A stretch of DNA of 64,000 bases from Eledone cirrhosa. Taxonomy: Eukaryota. Position numbers and translations under genes: made by a program. The stretch covers positions 31,496,001 through 31,560,000 of the forward strand of contig OZ024741.1 of assembly GCA_964016885.1 (NCBI GenBank). Direction: 5' to 3'. The stretch's first letter is position 1, and every line of letters begins with the position of its first letter. The notes under the pieces are model-generated. The model was not told where the DNA came from. It saw nothing but the letters and a program-made list of their open reading frames with translations, and did not search any database. Below, piece after piece: positions 40,010-53,300 of this stretch.

Positions 40010-40326
40010 GGTGGGCCACAATTCATGACTCGCTTGTTAGTTATATTTCTTAATATATTTTTTTATTGTTACTGTATTCTTTGAATTTATTTTCTTATTT
40101 CTTGATATGCTGAGACGGTTTCTTAATTTATATTTTTATTTCTTAATATGCTTCAGGTTTTTTTTTATTAATTTTTCCAAATTTGATTAACCATGGTACA
40201 TCCTTTGCTAAGCTTGGAAAAACGTGTTCAATGTGTAAGATTATTTGCTAAAACAGACAACATCACTGAAGTCTGCAGTCTGTGTTAATAAATCGATAAG
40301 TAATCAAGTGTGTCATGAATTCTGGC
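40007..40326 (+). mobile_element. Internally deleted Tc1/mariner-type element, right TIR clipped
   Basis: TA-CAGGGTG start; gccacaattcatgactcgcttg inverted at 40305-40326; MVHPLLSLEKRVQCVRLFAKT resembles a transposase N-terminal HTH. Confidence 0.7.
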
Positions 40327-40336
40327 TATATATATA

Positions 40337-40536
40337 TAACGAAGGAAGTGTGGTAAAGAATCAGATGGACCATAACGAACCAGAGTACTCAATACTTAGG
40401 GCAGTAGAGTGGGTAATAGGGAAATGTTCAAGACCCCGACGGCAGAGCTCAAGCAGTTTCGACGGCTATTTCTGGACATTCCAGAAATAGCTGTCGAAAT
40501 AGGCTTGAGCTCTGCTGTCGGAGCCTTGAACATTTT

Positions 40537-40541
<5 letters not shown>
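40337..40541. mobile_element. Family G fold-back, tail on left, in (TA)n
   Basis: Arms 40416-40476 and 40480-40541; tail 40337-40415. Confidence 0.82.
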
Positions 40542-40602
<61 letters not shown>

Positions 40603-40700
40603 TACAAACACACACAGACACACTCACACACACACATATATATGTATATATATTTATATATATGTATGTGTGTGTTTATATATATATATAAATATATATT

Positions 40701-40777
<77 letters not shown>

Positions 40778-40781
40778 ATAT

Positions 40782-40836
<55 letters not shown>

Positions 40837-40856
40837 CAAACACACACAGACACACT

Positions 40857-40899
<43 letters not shown>

Positions 40900-40936
40900 G
40901 TATGTGTGTGTTTATATATATATATAAATATATATT

Positions 40937-41013
<77 letters not shown>

Positions 41014-41419
41014 CCAAAATTAAATTAAGGGTGTCATGTCCGAGAGACATGCGCCATATCCACGGTAAAATATGCTCAAACATTCCAATGAATAGATCCG
41101 AGCATTTTATATCAACTAGAAATTGATTGACATATATATGTCTAAAATAAACACAAGAAACTATCACAGGGAATAATTTGTAAAAGTGTGTAAGCACACA
41201 TAGCTATGTAGGTAACTAATTAAAATTTAATACTCCTTTGACGTCTGATGAGACAAATATTTTCATACTGTGCAAAAATAAAATAAAACTATAAAAAAAT
41301 CAAAAACAAAACACCAACAAAAACAACAAAAAACAAACAAACAAAGATGCAAGGTTTGTATCTTTATTTCTTTGTCCACCTTGATTGTATGCGACTGGGG
41401 TCTGTTAATAGAAGCACAC

Positions 41420-41550
41420 AGGTGGACGTATAAGACGATGTGTAGTTAAGAATGTCACAATTATATCATTCCTGGTTCGATACCACTGTGTAGCCCTTTG
41501 GGCAAGTGCCATCTACTATAGCCTCAGGTTTAAGAATATTTTGTGAATGC
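41420..41550 (+). mobile_element. Second tRNA-derived SINE family (CORE-like); older copy ~45850-46140
   Basis: ggttcgatacc B-box followed by ctttgggcaagtg..ctactatagcctc. Confidence 0.6.
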
Positions 41551-41655
41551 AATTTATATCTATCTATCTATAGCTAGCTAGCTATATATATCTATTATCT
41601 ATCTTCCTTCCTTTCTTTCTTTCTTTCTCTCACTCTTTCACTCTCTCTTTTTCTT

Positions 41656-41687
<32 letters not shown>

Positions 41688-42149
41688 CACACACACTCAG
41701 CCTCCGGACTCCACATACCCCCTCCCCCCCTCCCCCTCTCCATCCACACGCACGGACACACCGACTTACACACCACCTCACGAACACACCGGTTTCCCTC
41801 ATACCTGAACATGGAACCTCCTTCTTCCCCCAACTCTCACATTCACATGCACACACACGCACACACACCTACACCCATACACAAACACCAGCTTCAACCC
41901 TCCCCGCTCGGACCCCCCACCTCCCTCCCCCCCTCCAGTTCCCCCTCCACCCCACCACCCCTACACACCTCACTCCCTTTCACCAATTATTTATTTTTGC
42001 TTTTATTTTTATTTTTATTTTTATTTCTACTTTTAAAAAATGTCCTTTACTCTTTAAAAATTGTTCTTCCTCCCTTTTCTCTCCCCTCCTCTTTTAAAAT
42101 GTCTTTCCCCCACTCCCCCACACGCCCTCGGAACTCTATTCCTACCCAC

Positions 42150-42186
42150 TGTTCTCCTGATGAAGGGCTTATGCCGAAAACGTCGT
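42150..42186 (+). ncRNA. Minimal PLE-type hammerhead in a (TA)n-flanked 3' end (~41700-42278)
   Basis: cCTGATGAagggcttatgccGAAAacgTC resembles the minimal pLTR HHR of Penelope/Poseidon-type elements; stem I poor. Confidence 0.65.
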
Positions 42187-42277
42187 CCCCCACCTCCCAC
42201 TCTCAAGCGTGAAACTAAAAACCATATCATTTGTACTGCCTCTCTGTTTTTTTGATCTCTGTTCATTTATTCAACTT

Positions 42278-42375
<98 letters not shown>

Positions 42376-42606
42376 TGTGTGTGTGTGCGAGGGTAAGCTG
42401 AAACGTTCACAGATTGACTATGAAGGAATGATTCTAGAGCTGTGAAATCTTGCAATCATGAATTTTAACTCTTCTTATTAATAACTGCATTATTTTTTTT
42501 TCAGGGAGTATATTGAAAAATAAACCTCATTTGTCCATTCCATGAGAGTATATTGGTCAGCCTATGAAAGAGTGATTCTAGCGCTGGGAAATCTTGTATA
42601 CATTAA

Positions 42607-42740
42607 TCTATATACCTAAAATAGAGAATGTCTGTCTGTCTGTCAGCTCACTGAAACTCGAGAACCAACCAACTAATTGTTTTCAAACTTTACGCATACA
42701 TATAATACTTATGGTCCTGTGAGTGTTTCAATGCCCTAGG
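42607..42740 (+). mobile_element. Helitron-like 5' fragment with (CTGT)n
   Basis: A|TCTATATACCTAAAA..gaatgtctgtctgtctg..ctcgagaacc..aattgttttcaaacttt pattern typical of non-autonomous Helitrons; 3' end not found. Confidence 0.55.
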
Positions 42741-43030
42741 GACCGCATGAGGCGATTTAGCGATCTCTCTCTATAATTCTTAGTCTTTCTGTTTAGATAG
42801 ATACATATATAACGTTGCACCCTTATAATATGTCGGTATGTCTGGCTGTCTGCATTACCACATTATGACGCGGTGTGTGTATGTGTATATATGTATATAT
42901 AGTGTGTGTATATATATAGTGTGTAACGTTTTTCGAAATATTTACTTCTGCGTTCACAGATTGGTTTCTTTAGTTTCAGAAGATCCCGTTAAGGGTGAAA
43001 ACAGCGATTCTTTGCTTAAACTTTAATCTG

Positions 43031-43085
<55 letters not shown>

Positions 43086-43767
43086 TATATTCGTGTACAG
43101 ATTTTTTGTATACACAATAACAAAATATAAACAAATGCATTTCTTTCACGAGGCTCGATAAGGAAAAATATATCTCAAATCCCGAGGAACGCCGGTCCAT
43201 TCTGCTAGTTTCAACTGTTCTTATTAATAACTGCAATGTTTCTTCTCCAGGTAATAGACTGCTATTCTATGAAGAGTGAAATGCAATGATTACAACGGTT
43301 GGCTTTGAACCCAGAACCATTTGAGGCGGACATATAACCCGATCCACTAATCCTACGCTCCAACGACTCAGTCTCATTGACCGCCTTTAGCAACAAACAT
43401 GCTAATACTTAGATTTCTTTTTAGTGATTAAAATATGATACATTTTTAAAAATAAGTAAACCTATCATATGCATCTGTTTTATCCAATTCTCATGTTCTC
43501 TCGTCGTAAATAAATGGATATCCATTAAGAATGTTGCGTTAGTTCTGTTGTTTGTCTCTGTATTTATATTTCATTCATAACAATAATGGATATTTTGCAT
43601 TGCCAACTGTAAATGCAAACATTTCATATTTCTTAACTATTATATTTGAAAGTGCTTTTAAAATTTCAGACCATTAAAATCATTACAAATTTAGTTTTAG
43701 TTTTGTCCATTACTTTTAGCCTTCATTACTGTAGTTGTTCAATTATTATTATTATTATTTTATTTTT

Positions 43768-44215
43768 TTCGACATAGAGTTATGACGCTTTACGCTCTGA
43801 GTTCAAATCCCGCCGATGTTAGCTTTGCCTTTTATCTTTACGGGGTCGACAAAATAAAGCACCAGTAACGTACTGGGGTCGATTTAATCGACTCCCCCAC
43901 CCCCAAATTACTGGCTTTGTGCCAAAAGTAGAAACAATTATGTTTATTATTTTTCGAAATAGAGTTATAGCCCTTTACGCTCTGAGTTCAAATCCAGCGG
44001 AGGTTCGCTTTTCCATTCATTCTTACGGGGTCGATAAAATATAATCGATTTAATAGACTTTTCTCTCTCACCAAAATTTACCTTGTGGTACTGGTGCAGG
44101 ATGAAACACAAACCTACCAGTGGTGGGATTTGAACTCAGAACGTAAGGAGCCGTAACTCTGTACCGTGAAGTATGTCGACCGTTGCTCTAGCGATACTGC
44201 CAATCCACCACCCTC
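43768..44215. mobile_element. Cluster of tRNA-derived SINE copies (two +, one - head); another - copy at ~44935-45090
   Basis: B-box and core motifs as above. Confidence 0.82.
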
Positions 44216-44373
44216 TGTTATTATTACTAATAAAAATAACGAAGATATTGAAATGTAAGCTCCAAAATATTTAATTATGTCTACTATTTCAGGTAAAATA
44301 TCCTTTTATCAACAATAGGATTAATATATCTAACAGAGTTATAATTTCCCCCTCTAGTTTTACTGACATCTTC

Positions 44374-44683
44374 GGAATGGGGTACGTTACCAGGAATGGG
44401 GTACGTTACCAGGAATGGGGTACGTTACTAGGAATGGGGTAGGTTACCAGGAATGGGGTAGGTTACCAGGAATGGGCTACGTTACCAGGAATGGTGTACG
44501 TTACCAAGAATGGGGTACATTACCAGGAATGGGGTACGTTGCCAAGAATGGGGTACGTTACCAGGAATGAGGTACGTTACCAGTAATGGGGTACGTTACT
44601 AGGAATGGGGTAGGTTACCAGGAATGGGGTACGTTACCAGGGATGGGGGTACGTTACCAGGAATGGGGTACGTTACTAGGAAT
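44374..44683. repeat. 19-bp minisatellite (GGAATGGGGTACGTTACCA) x ~16
   Basis: Contiguous units, period 19, no spacers. Confidence 0.95.
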
Positions 44684-46479
44684 ATCAAGATAATTAAGCT
44701 ATTTCTCAGTTAATATTTCGATATCTTAGTAAATTTTTCTACTGAAATGAAATATTGCCGTAGCCTTCTGTAGCTAACTGTATCCTGTGTGTGAACTCCT
44801 AATGGAATCATAGGCCACTGCATTGACATACAGCGTTTCTTGGGACATTTAAAAACTTGGCAGAGCCCATTCCTTTCCAGGAGTAAATACAGAGTGGTAG
44901 AGATCAGTGAGAAAAGGATATAGAGGAAGAATAGATCCCAGTACTAGACTGGTTCTTTATTTATCAACCTTGAAATGGTGCAAGGCAAAGTAGACCCCGG
45001 TGGGATTTGAACTCAGAGACCAGAGAGCCGAAACGAATACCGCAAAGCATTCTATCCGACGATCTAACGACGACGACAATTTGCCGCCTATCCTATATAT
45101 TACAGAATGATTAAAAAATGGCTACAACACTCTTCTAAATATCGATATTTTCTCAATCTGCGTTCAAGAAATATTCTTACCAACGATGGTTGATATAATT
45201 ATGAAGTGACATTATTCACTAATTTAATATTTAATAAAAAAAAAAGTGTCTGTGTTCTATCAGTTTATAGTTTGGGTTCCATCAGTTTATATATACAAAC
45301 TTATCCAGGAAGTATTGATTGTCACTTGGTGCTTTTCAGAGACAGCTTATGTTTATATATTTATACAATATCATCTCTACTTTTTGATTTAGTAGAGTTT
45401 TTATATTGTCCAACGAATATTATAGCTCTCTGTGCTGGGAATAACTAATACGTACATACACACACACACATATATATATTAATATATATGTATATTATGT
45501 ATGCGTGTGTGTATGCGTGTTTGTACGCGTGTTTTTATGTATGTGTGCATGTATGTGTACACATACATACATATTTTGACAATGTAATAAATTGTTTCTT
45601 GTTGTTCGTTGCGCAGTTTGTATTTATTGTCTCTTACTTGAATGGTTATATATTTAGTGCAAAGTTTCCTATGGGTAATATCTAGTCTGGTGCAACTATC
45701 ATAAAACAGTCCGTCTTAGATTTTAAGACTACGGTTGATAAACAGCATTTGGCTCTTTTACATTCTCTTCAGTTATTCACGTTAGATACTATGTAGATAT
45801 TCGAATTGTCAGTTGTATTAAAAATGTGGAATGTAGTAACAGGAACGAATGATAATGGCTCTCGTTTCACGTTCATGAGTTTATGGATTCAATCCGACTG
45901 AGTGTCATCTTGGGGGATGGTCATTTACCATAGCTTCGTATAGATCCAAGTATTGTGAGGGAAATTATGTAGACGGAAACTGTTTTGAAGCTCATTCGAT
46001 GGACTGTACGTATAATCCAAAGGGCCAGCCTTGTCATATATTGTGTTACGCCAAATATTGTTGCAAAGTTCCTTAAAGGTAAACATATCTGTAGAATGCT
46101 CAGCCCCTTTCCACGTTAATTTGATGAACAAATAGAACCCACATCGCAGAAAATGACTGACATCTATTTAGCTTGGAATTTAAATTGACAACTCTAATAA
46201 CATTTTATTGCTTTTTTTCAGCCATTTTATGATATTGTCCTCCGTTACTTATATATTATCAACCACCTTTAACTTGTCTCCTCTAGTTAATTGTTCTTGT
46301 GTTTTCTAATAATTTTATAAAATGAGGAGGATGCAGGCTTGTGAGGGCAAGACGTTCTGCGTTTGGTCTTACAGCGTACTTTCTTGAGCAAGTGTCATTT
46401 ACCAGAGATTTGGAGTCCTTATGCTAGCAGGTTGAAAGTTGCAAAATCCCTTTTCTACGGTTACAGGAAGTAGCCAAGT

Positions 46480-48200
46480 CAAACACGACAACAATCACAA
46501 TCAGAAACAACTATAACAATAACAGCAATAATATCGATGTATTTATAGGAGAAATATTAGATTGGAATACCCCAATCCATTACAGGCTGAGACGTACCTG
46601 GGAGAAATATGGTATGCCATATCCTATATATCAAGAAGAAAGAGATACAGGACTGTGCCACAGTGAACAAGAAGCCAACAGAGGCTTTACCCTGACCTGC
46701 ACCTCATAAGAATATGTGATGTTTGCATTGTATCTTGGAAAGAGAACAAAAGTCTGTGTGATAAATGTATCACTCCACAGAAACCAAGCCAGAATTATGG
46801 CAATGGTCAAAGAACATGGAGAAGTAATCGAATGGAAATCTAGCGTACAAAATATAGGATAAGAGTATCCCTGGAGTTCCACGTGTCAAATGTTTCTGGA
46901 ACTCTAGAAAATATCCCTGAATAGTTCTGCTCTGAGGATTGCGAATGGAAGTCCTAAATTGTCGAGGGTAAGTTGACCAAATGTTGCACATGTGGGAAAA
47001 TACAGGCCACCTCAGGGCTTGCAGTAGTACAATGCAAAAAAGGAAAGTAAAACTGAACTCCTCAGTGCTCCTAACTCCCCCATCTTATTTATAACAGAAA
47101 GAAGAACAGCAATGGGAAGCGGTGCTCAATAAGAAACCATCATGGTGGAATTTCTCTTGAAACAAATCACAAACTGCCAAGGGAGAACCCAGACACTCAC
47201 GACTATTAAGTAACATCGTCAGACTCCACTAATGAAGAGCCTGGCGATTAAAAACATTAATGATATGATACACTCTTTACAAAGAGTAACAATAGAGGGA
47301 GAAAAAATATTTATATCTAGAGAGAGAGAGAGAGTAACAAACCTGAGGAATAGTGAGACATGGCAACCCTACAATTAGGGCCGAAAACGTTGAAATACCA
47401 AAACCCCAAGGAAAAAACAAAAACAAAAGAAAAGTCAACCAAGTAACTAATAATTGTTTCTACTTTTGGCACAAGGCCAGCAATTACCCAGTGCATTACT
47501 GGTACTTTATTTTATCGATCCCGTAAGGATGAAAGGCAGAGTTAACCTCGGCGGGATTTGAACTCAGAATGGCAAGGGCCGTAACTCTATGCGTCAAAGA
47601 ATGGTGTCCGACCCTTTACGAATAGCAACCAACACAACAGCAACTAAATCAGCAAAAGGAGTAGCAAAGTGACCAACAAGAGGAAGAACAAGATAACGTG
47701 AAAAAGTGGGTGAGACAACATCGAGGAAATAAACACCGCTGAAATCACTACAACAGCAAAATACACAAACAAATAAAACTCTCACAGTAACGAGATCAAT
47801 GGGCTTGAAACTCAGTACATAGGACGACAAGCCCACGCCGGCGAGAAGAAATATCTGCCGTTGGACTGATGTCCCAGTTAAATTACTTGGAGTTTGGTTT
47901 GGGCTGGACCTCCAGGTAGATAAGGAGGTCACGAAAAAGGCAGTCGATTTTCTCAGAAATGGAGAGGGTAAAAACTGCCCTTAAAGGTCGAGCGAAAGTG
48001 GCAAACACGTACATCGCTTCGGTGATATATTACCGCCTGACCGTCGTACCATGCCCCTCTCCAAAACATCTATCTAAATTCGAACGCTTGCTCTACTATT
48101 TTTTTGTGGAAGAGAAAAGTTACGCTGGTGAGAAAATCGATCTGCTACCAAAATACTTTCCAAGGTGGACTCGGGATGCCATCACTATTAATGTGTAGAC
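46480..48200 (+). mobile_element. Old Tx1 remnant (ORF1 zinc-knuckle region and post-RT region) with a minus-strand SINE at ~47450-47620
   Basis: tgcacatgtggg..ggccacctcagggcttgc knuckle remnant; LKGRAKVANTYIASVIYYRLTVVPC matches Tx1 ORF2. Confidence 0.7.
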
Positions 48201-48468
48201 ACGTCACCCATAACATAACGAAAGTCGATAGTTGGTGATCGATGATCGATTTTAAGTTGTGGTTCTCTTCGAATCATGAAATAGCCGTTGGGAATAGGAA
48301 CTTTTTCCATCTGAAGTATGCATTTAATATAGTATATATTTAATACAGAAATGGCTTCTACAGGATTTCTACAGGACTAGAATTGTTTCATTCGGGAGTA
48401 TTTATACTCTGCTATGTATTGAGTACCTTACTTACTGTGGCTACCCCCGATTGAACCCGGGATAAACT

Positions 48469-48532
<64 letters not shown>

Positions 48533-48780
48533 AGCTTTCGCTGTATTTTGACTAAAGACATTTTAGCCAGATAGTGGGGTTTAGAACCCTATAAGAAATG
48601 GAAAAAGATGAGTATCGTCTGTGTCTGTGGGGCTGAGAACGGGGAGTACTCAATACACGGTGAGATGCAGATTGGATATAGAGATATGTAAAATCTTGAC
48701 CGCGCCGCCAAGCAGTTTCGGCTTGTGAGCATGTGTATGTATGAATAAATCCCGAATCAACCACAAATTACAAGTCTAAT
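48200..48780. mobile_element. Two eroded PLE-type termini facing a shared (TA)n(GA)n tract
   Basis: Tail hairpin motif at 48406-48427 (+) and 48645-48673 (-); GAAA-stem III-TC half motif near 48695-48722 (-). Confidence 0.45.
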
Positions 48781-49511
48781 CTACTTAAAACACACCACAC
48801 AAAATAGCAAATACGTTTACCAGCTAAATAGAATTCAAATCAAAATCACTATAAAAGGAAAATAAAATCATTTCAATGATAATCTTACTCCACACAGTGT
48901 TTGTGGTATGATATAGATACCAACTTTCTTTCAACAATCTTAACAACTAAACACAATGAATCTAAAGAAGCTACAGAACACAGCATGTATAATACAATTT
49001 CTTAAATAAACTTAAAATTGAAACCAAACCACTATACTGTTACTAAAATGCAACAATCACTAACAGTATTTGTTTGGGTAGAAAACGAACAAAAACAACA
49101 ATCAATACATAAGATGAAATTTGCGAAAATGTATTTATATATTTGTTATATTTTTGCATTACCAGTGGTTTCATAGCACTAAAGACGTTTTGCTTGTTCA
49201 TATGCTAAGAAAAATATGAGCAAAACAGCAAAAAATGGAGATAAAATTGAGAGGCATGTTGTTAAGGGTTTTTTTTTTTTGTTGGTTTCGATGATGCGTT
49301 TATATTAGTTTCCTTCTGCGGGGATTTCAACAGCGAACATAGACAGATTTGTACGTGTGTTGTTAGTATACGATATTTCACTATTTTCAGAAAGTGGTAA
49401 ATATGGCGAAGCGATACTAGCTGATTATTACAGTAGTTGGATTTAGCTCGAGTACTTCACCAATTTTGCTGAACTAATGGTGGAACAGTAACAACCGGTT
49501 TTGTATCACAT

Positions 49512-49565
<54 letters not shown>

Positions 49566-49570
<5 letters not shown>

Positions 49571-49782
49571 AAAAAGTATGACCTCGACGGCAGAGCTCAA
49601 GCCGTTTCGACGGCTATTTCTGGACTGCTATTTCGACGGCTATTTCCAGGAATAGCCGTCGAAACGGCTTGAGCTCTGCCGTCGGGGTCATACGTTTTGC
49701 TATTTGCCACTCTACTACCCTAAGTAATGAGTACTCTGGTGCGCTATGGTCCATCTGGTTCTTTACCACAATTCCTTTGTTA
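49566..49782. mobile_element. Family G fold-back, tail on right, in (TA)n
   Basis: Arms 49566-49624 and 49645-49703, 20-nt self-templated filler, tail to 49782. Confidence 0.82.
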
Positions 49783-49870
49783 TATATATATATATACTAT
49801 AGATGTATATATATATTTACGTGTGTGTGTGCCTTTATATATTAAATATATACGTATATATACGAGTGTG

Positions 49871-49950
<80 letters not shown>
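49871..49950. repeat. (ATCT)n tract; further tracts at 55516-55560 and 61343-61413 separate the Tx1 copies
   Basis: Direct reading. Confidence 0.97.
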
Positions 49951-49951
<1 letters not shown>

Positions 49952-50346
49952 CTGGGATGGACACGCGCGTGAAACTTGCTGAGTAAGTTCTGTTTAAGTT
50001 TATATAGAAATTCCTGTTTGTAAACTTTAATTTTTGTACCATTTTGTAGAGGGACTGCCAGGTCAAATTTTGATCTGGTCAGTCTCTCAAAATATTCTAC
50101 GCCTTTAGGCGAAATAGTTAAACAAAAAGTTTTTTTTGTTGAAAAGTTAACATTTTTTAAGATGGCTGAAGCTTCTTCACCAAAATTCGAAGGAGGAAAG
50201 GGGAAGATAAACTTACAGCTTCCCCCTGTCACTGTCACAGTAGCAGAGGTCAAAGACAAAGGTCGGCCAGAGGAAGGATTTTCTCCACCTGCTGACCGAC
50301 AACTTGACGTTGCCATGGCAACAAACCAAACAACCAGCGGCACCAG

Positions 50347-50377
<31 letters not shown>

Positions 50378-53300
50378 ACGGACGAAAACAACACCAATAA
50401 CAACAACAACAACAAGACCAATAACTGTGATAACAACAACAATGATAACAACAACACCACCAACTACAACAGCAACATAAACAAGGAAAAGGTCTCCCTC
50501 GCCCAGACGGCAAGGAAAATCCTCGACTATCTGCCAGTAGATATAACCAAAGCGAAGGAGCTACTGGCAGATGCCAAAAAATATATAGTGTACGGGGAAA
50601 ATGGTGCATTTTCGACCCCCCCCCCCCCTCCCGGAACTAAAAAGCCAGAGGCTCCTAAACACTGTCATGTTTAGGAAAATCTCAAATAAAAGCAAAAAAA
50701 CCAGCTCAACCATCACAGAGTGAGATATGGCTGGTTTTAAAAGACGTCATTCAGAAGGATAGACTCTACGGGAGTCTATCCATTCTCATGAAGGACAGGG
50801 ACACAGCAGTGAAACTGTGCATCAAACCAATTACATCCACCGCATACATCTTCTACCCTCGTACATGGGTAGAAGGACACAAAAAATAAAAATCCACACC
50901 ACCCTGCCGATTATGGACATATGGTGGGTTTTGACAGGTTTCCTGAACCTGGATGATGACACGCTGGTGTCCATGGGAAAGGCATCGGGTGACGCGTTCA
51001 GTGGAACGAGCCTCGAACTTGTAGTTCAAATGAAGCCCGAAAGGGTCGCCCAGATCCCTGAACGCGTCATACTGGATGATCAAACTTTCATTAACATTAC
51101 CGTTGAGGGTAGGCGGCCCTCGTGTTACCTCTGTGGAACCAGAGGTCACCTGAGGGCTGTCTGTCCCCAACTTAATAAGAAAACACCAATCCTGCCTACA
51201 CCACCAACAACTGCACAACCAACACAACCACCACAACCACCACTACAAAAACAACAACCACAGCTCAAACCAAAACAAAACAATGTCCAACCCATCCCCC
51301 CCACTAAAAAAAAAACAATTCTCAAAACACCCGCACCGCAAACACCACCCCAAAATATACCCCTCGCCTCCAACGCGGAAGATGACCCTCGTTCGTCGTC
51401 AGACGAGGAGGAGCACTTCCACACAATCAAAAGAAAAAAAAGAAAACACACCTCAGACACACAAATGAAAACAACTCTCCCCAAAACATAACACTGGCAC
51501 CAACACAAAAGAGCACACAACAACAGCAAACAAAAAAACAGCACACAAAAACAAAAACATGCATACACATACATAAACACAAGAAACAAAAAACTGTTAA
51601 ACATTGTGTACAACAAAAATTTAATAAAAACCCAAGGGCCTAACTTCACCCAGGCAGGGGATTTCCCCCCACCTCAACATGATTAAGGCCCCAAAGGACA
51701 CTTATAAAACTCTAAAAGACAACTTCCACAAACCACCACCCCACCCAACAACCCATCCCCCAACCTCATGGAAATTGTGCAGCCCGATACCCGGGACGCA
51801 GAGAGGTAAGTGCCTTTTCTCTTCACCACCAACATGGCTATGCTAAGAGTAGGCTATTTAAATGCGCGTGGCCTGGGCTCAACTTGGAAGCAAGCAATGC
51901 TTCTAAATGACCTCAGGTCACAACGTATAGATGTGATGGTTATTTGCGAGGCCCGGATCAGCAACGTGCGACAGCTGGCCCCCACCTTTGATGACTTTGA
52001 GATGCACGCAACTCTCTGTCAGGCCGGAGGTGGGTGTGGGGTTGTCGTTCTGCTGCAAAAACATCTGGGTCTCGCAACACAGACGGTACATTTGGACCCG
52101 GAGGGTCGACTAGTGGTCCTGGACCTTGGCAGTGGTGAAGGCGGAGCGTTTAGGTTGGTAGCCGCCTACGGCCTTTTCGGGTCAATGCGGCCGGACTTCT
52201 TCCATCGTCTGGAGATTTTTCTAGGGACATCCCGCTCCTTGCTATTAGTGGGGGACTGGAATGGTATCCTACGTAGGGGTCTGTCCCGATAGAGAGGGGT
52301 GTAATAGCCTCAAATGGGTTAATCGGTCGATTTGACCTGGCCGATAGATATCGACTAGATTTTCCGACTGTGCCAACTTGGACTTGGGCAAATCGCAGCG
52401 GATCATCTAGGTCGTACCTAGATAGGGTCTTAGTTAGAAATAAGGATAAGGACTTTTTAAGTTGTCCAAAATTTAGCATGGTTGGCTATTCAGACCACAA
52501 GTTAGTGAGCTGCATGGACAACCTTGACAGAACGCATAGACAGGGACCCGGTTACTGGAAGCTCAACTTGTCCTTACCGGCAAGTAAGGCTTACAGGAAC
52601 GGGATTAGCACTTTAGTTAAGGAGCGGTTGACGGGCGCCATCGTCAACAGCAGGTGGTGGGGATCTCTCAAAAGAGAGATTAGAGTAGTCTCTATAGAAT
52701 TTAGTAAGGAGTTAGCCTCTAAAAGAAATAGCAAGGAAAGGGAGCTGGTAGATAGTGTAGAAGAGGCAATTAGAAGCGGCGACGTGGCCAGAGTGCTAGT
52801 GTCGAGAACGGCCCTGGGCCAGTTCTTCGACGCGAAACACGAAGGCTGCATCGTCCGAAGCAAAATACGTGCTCTGGGAAACGAGGGGACCAAAGCTGTT
52901 AGCTGGGTCCGCGTGACAGAAGCCAAATGAGGGAGCAGATCCACTATCCGGTCTTTGCGAGACCAGGATGGACGTGTGATCCTTGAACCTAAGCAGATGT
53001 GCGAGGCTTTTCAAAAGAACTTTTCCGGATTGTTCGGAAGGGGCGAAGAGCCGGTTGGGGATGTGGACTTCGGTCCATACCTCGACGGCCTGTTGCGTCT
53101 CTCGGACAGGGAGGCTAAGTCCTGCGAGGAGCCGATTTCAGCCGCTGAGATAGAGGACATGCTGAGCCAATGCGGCAAAAGCAAATCCCCGGGTCTCGAT
53201 GGTCTTCCATACGAACTGTATCTAGCTATGCCGGATTGTTCCCCGATCTCCTCGAGGCGGTCCACTGCAACTGGCAACAGAACGGGAGAATTCCCTGTGC

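Noticed and set aside
41245-41270. CTGATGA hammerhead core
   Set aside because: No properly placed GAAA or stems downstream; likewise the lone CTGATGA near 33763.
44374-44683. CRISPR-like array
   Set aside because: Units are contiguous with no unique spacers, no cas genes, eukaryotic context.
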